A stretch of DNA of 64,000 bases from Candidatus Magasanikiibacteriota bacterium (GTDB lineage Bacteria > Patescibacteriota > Patescibacteriia > Magasanikbacterales > UBA922): the NCBI GenBank assembly GCA_016193335.1, contig JACPSK010000001.1, forward strand, positions 111,926 through 175,925. The letters run 5' to 3'. Each line of letters opens with the position of its first letter. Positions within the stretch are counted from its first letter, which is position 1. Made by a program: the position numbers and the translations under genes. Of the stretch, positions 29,077 to 38,106 are shown one piece after another. The notes under the pieces are model-generated. The model saw only the letters and a list, made by a program, of their open reading frames with translations. It did no database searches and was not told where the DNA came from.

Positions 29077-29997
29077 TCAAAGATCACTTAAACCCCATTC
29101 TTTCTTTAATTGGGCAATCCCCTCTGCAAGTGATATGGTAGGCTCCCAGCCAAGCAATCGCTTGGCTTTTGTATGGTCAGCTCTTGAATAACGCACATCC
29201 CCGAGCCGTTCGGGAATTTGCACGGTTTCTCCTCCAATCATCTCGGCAACCTGATTTACCGAGTATGGCTGGCCATTGCCGATATTAATAAGTTCCCCTT
29301 TCCCTACTTTATCGCTCAGCATGGCTTTGATGTTCGCTTCCACCACATCTTTGACCTGAGTATAATCACGATAGTACTCACCGTCTCCGCAAATGCTCAA
29401 GGCCTCGCCTCTTGATCTCTGCAACAAAAATTTACCTACCACCAAAGCGTAAGCGCCCTCAGGGTCCATATGCGGTCCGTAAACATTAAAATAACACAGG
29501 GAGACTGTTTCCAATCCGTACAGACTGGAAAATAAGCGGCAGTATTCAGTGCCCGTAAGTTTTTGCAAGGCATAAGGACTCTGCGGATCTTTTGGCATGT
29601 CTTCAGTTAAGGCGATCTCGCCCTTATTGCCTCCGTATATGGAAGAAGAGGTGCTAAAGACCACGCGAAGCGATCCGGCCTCACGAGCCGCGGTCAACAC
29701 ATTCAAAGTGCCATTTATATTGCTGTCATTCGTTTCCAAAGGATGCTCTACAGAATAAGGAACTCGGGGAACCGCCGCAAGATGAAAAACACCATCAGTT
29801 CCTGAAACCGCTTTTTTTACATCTTCCAAATTGCGAATATCCGCCTCTCGATATTCTGCTTTGTCATAAAAACGTTCTTGTTTTTTGCCTCCGCTGTAAT
29901 TGTCTATAACCCGAACATAGTGGCCATCGTTCAAGAGACGCTTTACAAGATTTGAGCCTATGAATCCGGCCCCGCCGCTTACCAGATAAAATGACAT
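29077..29997 (-). CDS. NAD-dependent sugar epimerase (WbpP-like SDR)
   Basis: SGGAGFIGS, SPYALQK and YFNVYGP motifs. Confidence 0.88.
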   Translation of the reverse strand: MSFYLVSGGAGFIGSNLVKRLLNDGHYVRVIDNYSGGKKQERFYDKAEYREADIRNLEDVKKAVSGTDGVFHLAAVPRVPYSVEHPLETNDSNINGTLNVLTAAREAGSLRVVFSTSSSIYGGNKGEIALTEDMPKDPQSPYALQKLTGTEYCRLFSSLYGLETVSLCYFNVYGPHMDPEGAYALVVGKFLLQRSRGEALSICGDGEYYRDYTQVKDVVEANIKAMLSDKVGKGELINIGNGQPYSVNQVAEMIGGETVQIPERLGDVRYSRADHTKAKRLLGWEPTISLAEGIAQLKKEWGLSDL

Positions 29998-30005
29998 ACT
30001 TTGCA

Positions 30006-30160
30006 AATTTTTAATTTATGATTTTAATTTTTAAACAATTTTTAATGATACAATATAATCATGACCTTAGATGGTGCTGATCTCTGAAATGTGTGTGGGA
30101 CGCTTGGCAAATTGGAAATTAATAATTTCAAATTGTTTATAAATTAAAAACTAAAAATTT
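30006..30160. repeat. AT-rich inverted-repeat element, copy B
   Basis: TTTTTAAACAATTT (30028-30041) and TTATAAATTAAAAACTAAAAATT (30137-30159) are identical to copy A. Confidence 0.7.
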
Positions 30161-30164
30161 TGTA

Positions 30165-31550
30165 TCAATGTTTTGCCTTGATAAATGGAGACCCCACAGC
30201 TACGATATCAAAGCCCGCCTCTTGCAATTCTTTATAGCGATGCTGGAGCATCCTGCGGCCATCCATGATAAGAGGTCTTTTCTCAAGACCAGAAACCACG
30301 TCTGCCAAGCCCCTGAATTGAGGCCAGTCTGTGGCAATAATAATGAGGTCCGCGTCTTTTATAGCTTCATACTCATGCTGTACATAAACCACCTGCTCTG
30401 AAGCCGGAAACTCTACACTAAACATAGGCAAAGCGGCCGGATCATATACTTGAACGGTTTTGATATTTCTTTCCAGCACAAAATTCATAATTTCTATGCT
30501 TGGAGAATTGCGTATATCATTGGTGTCCCTTTTGAAAGCCGCGCCAACCAAAGCAATAGTCTTATCTGCCCAATTGAACTGAGCCTCTCGTTCGGCTCTT
30601 CCCATAAAACGCTCAAGTTGGCGCTTATTGGCAAGATAAGTTTCATTGACCAACTCTGCGTTCGCTCCGGCCGTCTGCAGCTGATGCGCCAAGGATCGAG
30701 CATCTTTTATAAAACAACTCCCGCCCGCGTACAAACTGTCGTAAAATCCCCAGCTGCTGATTCGTTTGTCAGAGATCAAAATTTTTCGTATATGTTCAAA
30801 TTTGACGCCGTCAAAAGCTTCGCAGGTTCTGCCTATTACATCAAAACAGACGCTGAGCTTATTGAACAAATAAAAATTGGCGAGGAGCTTGCCCGCGGCC
30901 GCTTCTTTTGGGTTCACTTCGATATAACTCACATCCGGCGCGTCGTAAAAACGCTGATACAAAATCCGCATCGCCGCGAAATCTTTTTCATCCCAGGCTC
31001 CAACTACGATGCGGTCCGGTTTTAGAGAGCCGGCTATGGCTTTGCCTTCCACCAAAAATTCCGGGTTTGAAACAGTCCCATAATTTTTGACACCGGCTTC
31101 GTCCATTATTTTTTTTGTGTGATCAACCATTTCTACCGGCACAGTGCTTTTGTTTACCAATACCACATAGTGAGTTTGCGCTCCCCGGTTTCGTTTTGCC
31201 AAAGCTCCAGCCAACTGAAGAGCGGCTTTGTTGTAATAGGCCAAATCGCTTTCTCCGGTCTGATCTATTTCAGGAGTTGGAAGACACATAAATACTGCGT
31301 CACAATCATTGAGAAAAGACCCCACTTCGGCGTATGTTGAGGTAAAACGTATTCGGTCTTTATGACGGATCAACAGTTCTGCCAGTCCTTCTTCGAAAAG
31401 GCATTGTTCTATGAGTTCTCTGTCCCCTGAGCCGAGCTTGGAAATCTTCTGTTCGTCTATGTCAAAAACAAGGACATTGTGGCCGCTATCGGCAGACACA
31501 GCGGCTGAGCAAGAGCCCACAAAACCGGCGCCTATATAGAGGATGTTCAT
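30165..31550 (-). CDS. ugd: UDP-glucose/GDP-mannose 6-dehydrogenase
   Basis: IGAGFVG, NKSTVP, SNPEFL, GGSCF and AFKRDTNDIR motifs. Confidence 0.9.
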   Translation of the reverse strand: MNILYIGAGFVGSCSAAVSADSGHNVLVFDIDEQKISKLGSGDRELIEQCLFEEGLAELLIRHKDRIRFTSTYAEVGSFLNDCDAVFMCLPTPEIDQTGESDLAYYNKAALQLAGALAKRNRGAQTHYVVLVNKSTVPVEMVDHTKKIMDEAGVKNYGTVSNPEFLVEGKAIAGSLKPDRIVVGAWDEKDFAAMRILYQRFYDAPDVSYIEVNPKEAAAGKLLANFYLFNKLSVCFDVIGRTCEAFDGVKFEHIRKILISDKRISSWGFYDSLYAGGSCFIKDARSLAHQLQTAGANAELVNETYLANKRQLERFMGRAEREAQFNWADKTIALVGAAFKRDTNDIRNSPSIEIMNFVLERNIKTVQVYDPAALPMFSVEFPASEQVVYVQHEYEAIKDADLIIIATDWPQFRGLADVVSGLEKRPLIMDGRRMLQHRYKELQEAGFDIVAVGSPFIKAKH

Positions 31551-31647
31551 AATAAAATACCTTTTTAATTCATATCTACCTACTGTAGGGTACTACAAAC
31601 AAAAAATCAATTCAAGGCTTGAAAAGGGTAAAAACACAGAAATGACA

Positions 31648-31676
31648 TTGACAAAATGACATTTTTTTGCTAAAAA
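31648..31676 (+). promoter_or_regulatory. sigma70-like promoter
   Basis: TTGACA-N17-TAAAAT with extended -10 TG; an AAATGACATT direct repeat overlaps the -35. Confidence 0.65.
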
Positions 31677-31728
31677 TGGCTCTAACAGCCAAGAAAGGCT
31701 CAGACCAGAAAACGAGGAATGAGGAATC

Positions 31729-32637
31729 ATGAATCAAAGCGCTGAGTACGCCGCGGCCATGGCGCGGAGCTATCTTGTAACCGAAGGGCCGATCATCATC
31801 GGCCGCGGAGCATTGAAGAGCACTGTCATTTTGGAGAGAGGCTGGCAGCCGCATGGCATCACGATCCGTCGCACTTTGGCCGGAGAGGCCGATGTGCTCC
31901 TCATGGCTTCCTACTTCCACCCGTCGATCTTGCGTTTGCTGATCTCGCGAAGCGAGAACGGCGATTTGCTCCTGGATCCCGAGTGGATCCGCGGCGCCTA
32001 CTTTGGTGGCAAGCGGCTTCGGGTCTTTCCGGGCAAGCCCTCATTCTCAGACATGCCCCGGGCCCAGACCGCGGTGCATGTGGAGGGCGGCTTCCTCGCA
32101 AGCAGGAATGGCGAGCGGCTCTTTTGGCGCTTTCACAAGAATGCTGAAGGAAGCTGGGCGCTAGACACTGTTGTGGAGAAGGCCTTCCGGCTGCCTGGAA
32201 ACAGACGAACCGCGGTCTACTCGGCCCTGGCAACGCCCGGCTATTTCTATACAGTGGAAGCCAACAGGGCTCTCACCGAACGGTTCTGGCTGCTGCGATG
32301 CTACGAGCACCTCGAGGGTTCGAGGTTCCGCTGCGTTGCAGAACACCGGATTCCGGAGTTCGTATACGGCGTGGCTATGAGGCCAGGCGACAGTACCGGT
32401 CTCTGGCTGATTACCGACTACCGCTGCAGCGGCTGGACCCACGGCGTCTGGCGAGTGGAACTCGGCGTTCCGGGTTCTGAGCGCCTCATGGCCGACGGCT
32501 ATTGGGGCACTGGAATCGGATTCCTGAGCGACAAAACCTTGGTCCTGGCCCGCTACGGCGAATCGCACCCAGATCCGCTTGGCGGAATCCCGGGCGCCCT
32601 GGTCTTTGTGCCGGCAAACATGGTCGGCGAACCATAG
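31729..32637 (+). CDS. GC-rich hypothetical protein (possibly beta-rich C-terminal half)
   Basis: 302-aa ORF, GAGGA SD, own promoter, markedly GC-rich, followed by the hairpin TGTCCCGAC-TTG-GTCGGGACA. Confidence 0.7.
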   Translation: MNQSAEYAAAMARSYLVTEGPIIIGRGALKSTVILERGWQPHGITIRRTLAGEADVLLMASYFHPSILRLLISRSENGDLLLDPEWIRGAYFGGKRLRVFPGKPSFSDMPRAQTAVHVEGGFLASRNGERLFWRFHKNAEGSWALDTVVEKAFRLPGNRRTAVYSALATPGYFYTVEANRALTERFWLLRCYEHLEGSRFRCVAEHRIPEFVYGVAMRPGDSTGLWLITDYRCSGWTHGVWRVELGVPGSERLMADGYWGTGIGFLSDKTLVLARYGESHPDPLGGIPGALVFVPANMVGEP

Positions 32638-32929
32638 AAATTCCTGTCCCGACTTGGTCGGGACAAACCCAGGTCTTAGTGACCTGCGGCACGACGGCCG
32701 AGGACCGTCGCTTCACCGCTACTTCGAAGACATTCGGGCTAGCGGCGAGGCAGTTAGGCTCTTTAACAAAGGAAGGCTGTGGTGGACAAGATCAAGCAGG
32801 TTCTTGGATTTGCTTTCATGGCGGCGGTCTCTAGCCTTGGTATGATAGTGGGTGGGGGCCGAATATTTTAGGTCTAGTATTTTGGGTTTCTGTATTACAA
32901 TCACATGAATGTTTAGACTGATAATCTGG

Positions 32930-34195
32930 TCATAAATGCCAATCTTTCAAAGTTTCCCTCTGCGAAAAAACTTTTCTCAAAGCCTCTATGAACAAGTCTA
33001 TATGTTCTTTTTTGACCGGGTATCGGCACATAGCGGTAAAAACCAAAGTTTCATAAAAACAACGCTCAGCGACCGGACAAAGACCTTTTACATAAGAATC
33101 TTTTTTTAGATAAGACCAATACCGATAGGTGGAGTTATCCTGGAAAAAATTAAGCAAATATACGGGCTTGGTGTAGCCTCCAGACAAAGCAAAACCTTCT
33201 GCTTTCATGGCCTGTATAAACAGATCCCGAGAAATACCTATCATTGAAGCATCATATAAAAAAGGATATACATAATATACATGCTTCGAATCCGACATTT
33301 CTTCGAAAGCTTTGATAAACGGAAATTGCCGCAAAGCCTGAGTAAGATAATGAACCAAATCTATTCTATGTTGGTTCAAAGCATCCATTTTTTTTAATTG
33401 CTCCCGAGCTATGGCGGCATGAAGCTCTGTCATCCGATAATTACTGCCGACAACAGGGATATCGTGCATATTGAGATCATCCACAACATTTTCTCCATGA
33501 TTCCTTTTCAGTCTAGCTCGAAACGCATAGTCCTCGTTATTGGTTACCAAGACTCCACCCTCGCCGCACTGAACAGTTTTGTGAACATTAAAACTGAAAA
33601 TTCCCATGTCTCCCATAGTGCCGGTGTAAGCGCCATGGTAGAGAGCGCCCGGAGCTTGGGCGTTGTCTTCTATTACTTTAAGATTATGTTCTCGAGCAAT
33701 AGATAAAATCTTTTGATAATCCGCCGGACCCCCAAAAAGATTTACCGCCATCACTGCTTTTGTTTTGGGGCTTATGGCTGCTCGGAGCAAATCTGGATCC
33801 ATGCAAAAATTATGTTCATCAATATCAACAAATACAGGCACGAGATTGTGCAGAATGATAGAAGTGACCGTGGCAGTCATGGTAAAAGGAGGCACGATAA
33901 CCTCTGAGCCAGGTTCCAATTCAAGAGCGGTCACGGCAGCCTCGAGCGCGGTGGTGGCCGAATTAAAGGAAACCGCGTAGGCGCTGCCAAATTTTTGTAT
34001 AAAGGATTCTTCAAGAGCTTTTACTTCTCTGCCGCCCAAAAAATAATCTCCCGCTCGCCCTACGAAATCAGAAAGTACGCCAGAGTCCATTACGCGAAGC
34101 ACAGCCTCCCGTTCATTCTGGTCGTAAGTATTGGCAGGAGGCAAAGACCCCTCAAACACTGGTTTTCCTCCGAGTAAAGCTAGTTTTTCTTCCAT
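32930..34195 (-). CDS. DegT/DnrJ/EryC1/StrS aminotransferase
   Basis: IEDNAQA, FSFNVHK, GEGG and NYRM motifs. Confidence 0.92.
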   Translation of the reverse strand: MEEKLALLGGKPVFEGSLPPANTYDQNEREAVLRVMDSGVLSDFVGRAGDYFLGGREVKALEESFIQKFGSAYAVSFNSATTALEAAVTALELEPGSEVIVPPFTMTATVTSIILHNLVPVFVDIDEHNFCMDPDLLRAAISPKTKAVMAVNLFGGPADYQKILSIAREHNLKVIEDNAQAPGALYHGAYTGTMGDMGIFSFNVHKTVQCGEGGVLVTNNEDYAFRARLKRNHGENVVDDLNMHDIPVVGSNYRMTELHAAIAREQLKKMDALNQHRIDLVHYLTQALRQFPFIKAFEEMSDSKHVYYVYPFLYDASMIGISRDLFIQAMKAEGFALSGGYTKPVYLLNFFQDNSTYRYWSYLKKDSYVKGLCPVAERCFYETLVFTAMCRYPVKKEHIDLFIEALRKVFSQRETLKDWHL

Positions 34196-35217
34196 AGACT
34201 GGCGTCTCCTATTCCGGAATTTAATATTATATTCTCATTTTCAAGAGGAAAAGTTACTCTATTGCCTTGTCCGGCTGAACTCCATAAGCCTGATATCATT
34301 TCCAAAGATGACAAAGCGCTTCGAACAGAAGATTTCGGTTCTATTCCTGTTTTTACGCATTTCAAAAGATCGTCAAGAGCATTACTCATATACGAGCGGG
34401 AAAAATCATCAGGTATAGGGCGTTCTTCTTTTCTTGAGACAAACGAAATGTTGAGATATTGGCTCTCTTCGGCTTTGAAATAGCGATAATCATACGCGCC
34501 AAAGGGTTTGTTGATAGTGTCAAGGCGGGCTTTTGTTCCAAATATATTGAACTCAAGCATCGGGTACTTCTTTCCATCCATGGGCACCAGATGAGCTATC
34601 ATGCCATTTTCATACTCAGCTTGCCCAAAAATTTCATTTTTTAAAGTCCGGGCAGATACTGCCTTGCAATCACCAAACCAGTAAGACAAGAGGTCGCAGA
34701 CATGTGATCCATTAGTAACTAAACCGCCGCTGTAATACACCGTAACAGCTTGGATTTCACCAAGCAGATCATTCATATGATCCTTCAGATATGTATAAAA
34801 CGGATCATATCTTCTTATAAAATTAACGAGCACCGGAATATGCTTTTTGGCAGAACGTCTTTCTATATCCCGCGCCTGGGCAAGAGACAGAGTAACGGGT
34901 TTCTCGCACCAGATGCCTTTTATAAAATCGCATGAAAGTACTTCGCACAGTATATCGTAATGGGTCTCATCAGGTGTGCAGATACTGACGATATCTGGAC
35001 TTTCTTTACGCAACAAGGCCATATACGAAGCGGCAATGGAAAAATTATGGTTTTTTTTGAGCTTGAGAAGAAGCTCCGGATCAGACTCAGAAATTCCCAC
35101 AAGTTCGAGTTCTGAATTTTGCATGTATGCTTCGAAATGGGTTGTCGGGAATCCAACTCCATAGTTCTGAAAGCCATAGCCTATATTACCAGCCCCGATA
35201 ATAAGTCCTTTGTACAT
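34180..35217 (-). CDS. Gfo/Idh/MocA oxidoreductase
   Basis: IIGAGNIG, CEKP and NFIRRY motifs. Confidence 0.85.
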   Translation of the reverse strand: MYKGLIIGAGNIGYGFQNYGVGFPTTHFEAYMQNSELELVGISESDPELLLKLKKNHNFSIAASYMALLRKESPDIVSICTPDETHYDILCEVLSCDFIKGIWCEKPVTLSLAQARDIERRSAKKHIPVLVNFIRRYDPFYTYLKDHMNDLLGEIQAVTVYYSGGLVTNGSHVCDLLSYWFGDCKAVSARTLKNEIFGQAEYENGMIAHLVPMDGKKYPMLEFNIFGTKARLDTINKPFGAYDYRYFKAEESQYLNISFVSRKEERPIPDDFSRSYMSNALDDLLKCVKTGIEPKSSVRSALSSLEMISGLWSSAGQGNRVTFPLENENIILNSGIGDASLWKKN

Positions 35218-35230
35218 AAATATACTGTTT

Positions 35231-35953
35231 TCAATCAATGTAATGCTTGTATGTCTGTTTCTCCAACATATCTTTTACCTCTTTTACCAATTCATCAGGC
35301 ATGGTTTTGTAATAGTCGCCTCCCACATTTTTTATAATATGTCTTTTATAATCAGGTTCATTCAAAAGCTTCAGCCCCTTGATGAGTATCTCGGACTGAA
35401 ATTGATACGCTTTTCTGCGCACATCCCTGTACAGATCACCGCGTTTTATGGGCAGAGCGCCGGTACAGATGATATCGCCGGCGTCCACTTCTTCAGTGAT
35501 GAAATGGCAGGTGGATCCCACTCTGTCATTATGATACAAACTCCATTCTACGGCTGAACAGCCTTTGTAATCCGGAAGTATACTCGGATGTACGCCAATA
35601 GCCCCTATCTTGGGAGCTTGTATGGTTTTGTTTTTTATTATACCGGTTCCTCCCAAAATTGCTATGTCGATTTCATAACGATGAATCAAATCAACAGTGA
35701 ATTCGGAATTGTGATTTTTGGTATAATAAACCGGCACAGACAGGTCTCTTAATGATTCTCCCGCGCTCGTCCAGGTGAAAGTGTTATCCGTGCGTTCGGC
35801 TACGGTCTTCAAAGAAAGTTCTAAAATATCCGGTTGAGTGCTTAATAGGACAAAAGAAGGATAGAAAGAATGCTCAACCATGGCCTTAAGATAGGTGAGG
35901 CCAATCGGCGAGCCTTCCACCATGAGCAGACAAAATCGGAGAGTATCGGACAT
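35231..35953 (-). CDS. Formyltransferase-family protein
   Basis: HPSILPDYKG and VDAGDII motifs. Confidence 0.8.
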   Translation of the reverse strand: MSDTLRFCLLMVEGSPIGLTYLKAMVEHSFYPSFVLLSTQPDILELSLKTVAERTDNTFTWTSAGESLRDLSVPVYYTKNHNSEFTVDLIHRYEIDIAILGGTGIIKNKTIQAPKIGAIGVHPSILPDYKGCSAVEWSLYHNDRVGSTCHFITEEVDAGDIICTGALPIKRGDLYRDVRRKAYQFQSEILIKGLKLLNEPDYKRHIIKNVGGDYYKTMPDELVKEVKDMLEKQTYKHYID

Positions 35954-35974
35954 AATAAAAAACTTTTTAGAGTA

Positions 35975-36589
35975 TTATTCTGCTCCTTGTTTCTCGCGCC
36001 ATTCTGTTTCTAAAAGCGACCAGCATGCAAAGTCAAAAAAACCTTCTTCTATATGTATTGCTTCTCTTTTTTCCCCCTCTTGGGTCCACCCAAGCTTTGG
36101 CATAATCGCGTTGAAAGAGGGATTCGGAGATTCTGCCCAGATACGGTGCAGACCCAAATCATCAAAACAAACGGCAGTGGCCAAGTCTATAGCTTCACCC
36201 GCGTATCCTTTGCCCCACTCGGATTTATCTCCAATCATTATAGAACACTCAGCGCTTCTATTTTCTTCATCTATGGCATTGAGCGAAATATTGCCGATAT
36301 GTTTTTCGCTATCTTTCAGGATGATGGCCATATGAAGATCTTTGGTTTCCTCCGCATATCTCAGAAAATCCAAAAGATCCTGTTCTGATGAAGTCTTATT
36401 TCTGCGCCGCGTGTATCGTTGTACTTCTTTATCGTTCAACCATGAGAGATATTGGGGACTGAAAAAATCTTTTGAAAGTTTAAAAAGGCAAAGCCTTTTG
36501 CCCTCACGAATACATTTTCGAGAACTTTGATGTGAGGAGCAGCGCCCTGCTTGCTTTTCTTTTTTCTGTTGATCAAGAAATGTGTTCAT
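35975..36589 (-). CDS. GNAT (RimJ/RimL-like) N-acyltransferase
   Basis: HIGNISL and IGDKSEWGKGYA motifs. Confidence 0.85.
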   Translation of the reverse strand: MNTFLDQQKKEKQAGRCSSHQSSRKCIREGKRLCLFKLSKDFFSPQYLSWLNDKEVQRYTRRRNKTSSEQDLLDFLRYAEETKDLHMAIILKDSEKHIGNISLNAIDEENRSAECSIMIGDKSEWGKGYAGEAIDLATAVCFDDLGLHRIWAESPNPSFNAIMPKLGWTQEGEKREAIHIEEGFFDFACWSLLETEWREKQGAE

Positions 36590-38106
36590 ACCTCTAAGGC
36601 TTTATGTAAACGTTTGTATACGCGCAAGGCGTTTGTTTTGTATATCTTCTCCAAAATATCTTCATCCAAGTTTGAACTCACTATTTTGCCGATAGACCAG
36701 GCCGGAGTCATAAGCGGACCATCGGCCGCATATAAAACCCGATCAGCGCCAAGCTCTTTTATCACCTTTGCCACGTCACTTTCACCGCGATGGGCATAGC
36801 TCGCGCTTATATCGACAACCAAATTTTCGATGCCTTTAAACTCGGGCATACGATCCGCCGTTATATGCGCAATAACAAACTGAACTTTTGGAAAAGCCCG
36901 AGCGGCTCCTGCCGCTCCCGTTTTGTGAGCCAAAATCGGCCAATCATGTTCTTCGGCCCAGCGCAGCATGGGGAGATATCGTTCATCATCAAGACCGGCC
37001 GGATAATAGTCTTGAATGGTTTTAATTCCCACGAAAGAAGGATTATTTTTGTATTTTTCCAATTCCTCCAAAGATTCCTCAACTCGTGTGGGGTCATAAA
37101 CAAGATAGCCAAAAATCCTTGGATCTTGTCGAGTTAATTCATTGGTGTTCGCGTTCCCCTGGCTCATATCATAATTAAGCGCCAATATGGAAGAAGATAT
37201 GACTGCTTCATAATGAAAATCGTCCAATACCTTCTTGAGCGAAGCCGCGTCAGTCTTTGGTTCGATTATATCCCAGCCTTCAGCGTGCCAATGTGTGTCT
37301 ATCTTCGGCCGTTCAATATGATCGAAGCCATATACATTTTTGTCTTCGGCAGACTCTGTTGAAGTATTCTCTGCCACTGAAAAAATACCGGCCAGTGTTC
37401 CATAAGATATCTGTTCCTTGTCTTTAACAGAAAGTTCGGCTGTATCCACCAGAAAATGGCCGCAGGACTCGTATACCACCGGCATATTGCTGGCGAGATA
37501 CAGTCTCTCGGTTCCGATTTTCTCTGCGAGATAAGCGACTCCGCCGAGTTGGACCAGATTACTGACATCAAAATAAATATGCGGCATGAGACTCGCTATG
37601 GTAATAACATCGGCCGTGTTGAGATATCCCCCTCCCCTCACCCATCTGATGAGAACCGGCGTTTTAAGCTCAGCCACCGCGTCCGCCGTCTCGGACAAAT
37701 CATCAAGGCTCGCAATAGCGATTTGTATGGGAAGTCCGGCTTTTGAAATTCGTTTCACCAATGCGCGGAATGTGTAATGCGTGCTCTTCCAAAATTGATA
37801 ATGAAGAAAAAAACTTACGCCGCGGAAACCCTGCCCAGCCAACGTTTCGATATAGTCCGATCCAATATCATAGTGCTGAGGATTGATTACTGCCATGGGC
37901 AGGCATCTGTTTGGATACAGACGAGAAAGTTCCAGTGTTTTGCGGTTGCCCTCGTACATATCAAAAAAAATGGCCTCAAGATTTGTGCTTAGACCCATAC
38001 GCGTGTTTGTCCTATCCATCATGGAAAGTACGCGTTCATTACTAAACTCAAGACCGTACTTCGGCTCCCTGCCAAAAAAAACACCGCCGTCAAAACGCTG
38101 TATCAT
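36586..38106 (-). CDS. Tandem-domain amidohydrolase (Amidohydro_2-like)
   Basis: Two similar halves ending IGTERLYLASN and LGADRVLYAADGP; KIDTHWH in the second half. Confidence 0.75.
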   Translation of the reverse strand: MIQRFDGGVFFGREPKYGLEFSNERVLSMMDRTNTRMGLSTNLEAIFFDMYEGNRKTLELSRLYPNRCLPMAVINPQHYDIGSDYIETLAGQGFRGVSFFLHYQFWKSTHYTFRALVKRISKAGLPIQIAIASLDDLSETADAVAELKTPVLIRWVRGGGYLNTADVITIASLMPHIYFDVSNLVQLGGVAYLAEKIGTERLYLASNMPVVYESCGHFLVDTAELSVKDKEQISYGTLAGIFSVAENTSTESAEDKNVYGFDHIERPKIDTHWHAEGWDIIEPKTDAASLKKVLDDFHYEAVISSSILALNYDMSQGNANTNELTRQDPRIFGYLVYDPTRVEESLEELEKYKNNPSFVGIKTIQDYYPAGLDDERYLPMLRWAEEHDWPILAHKTGAAGAARAFPKVQFVIAHITADRMPEFKGIENLVVDISASYAHRGESDVAKVIKELGADRVLYAADGPLMTPAWSIGKIVSSNLDEDILEKIYKTNALRVYKRLHKALEV

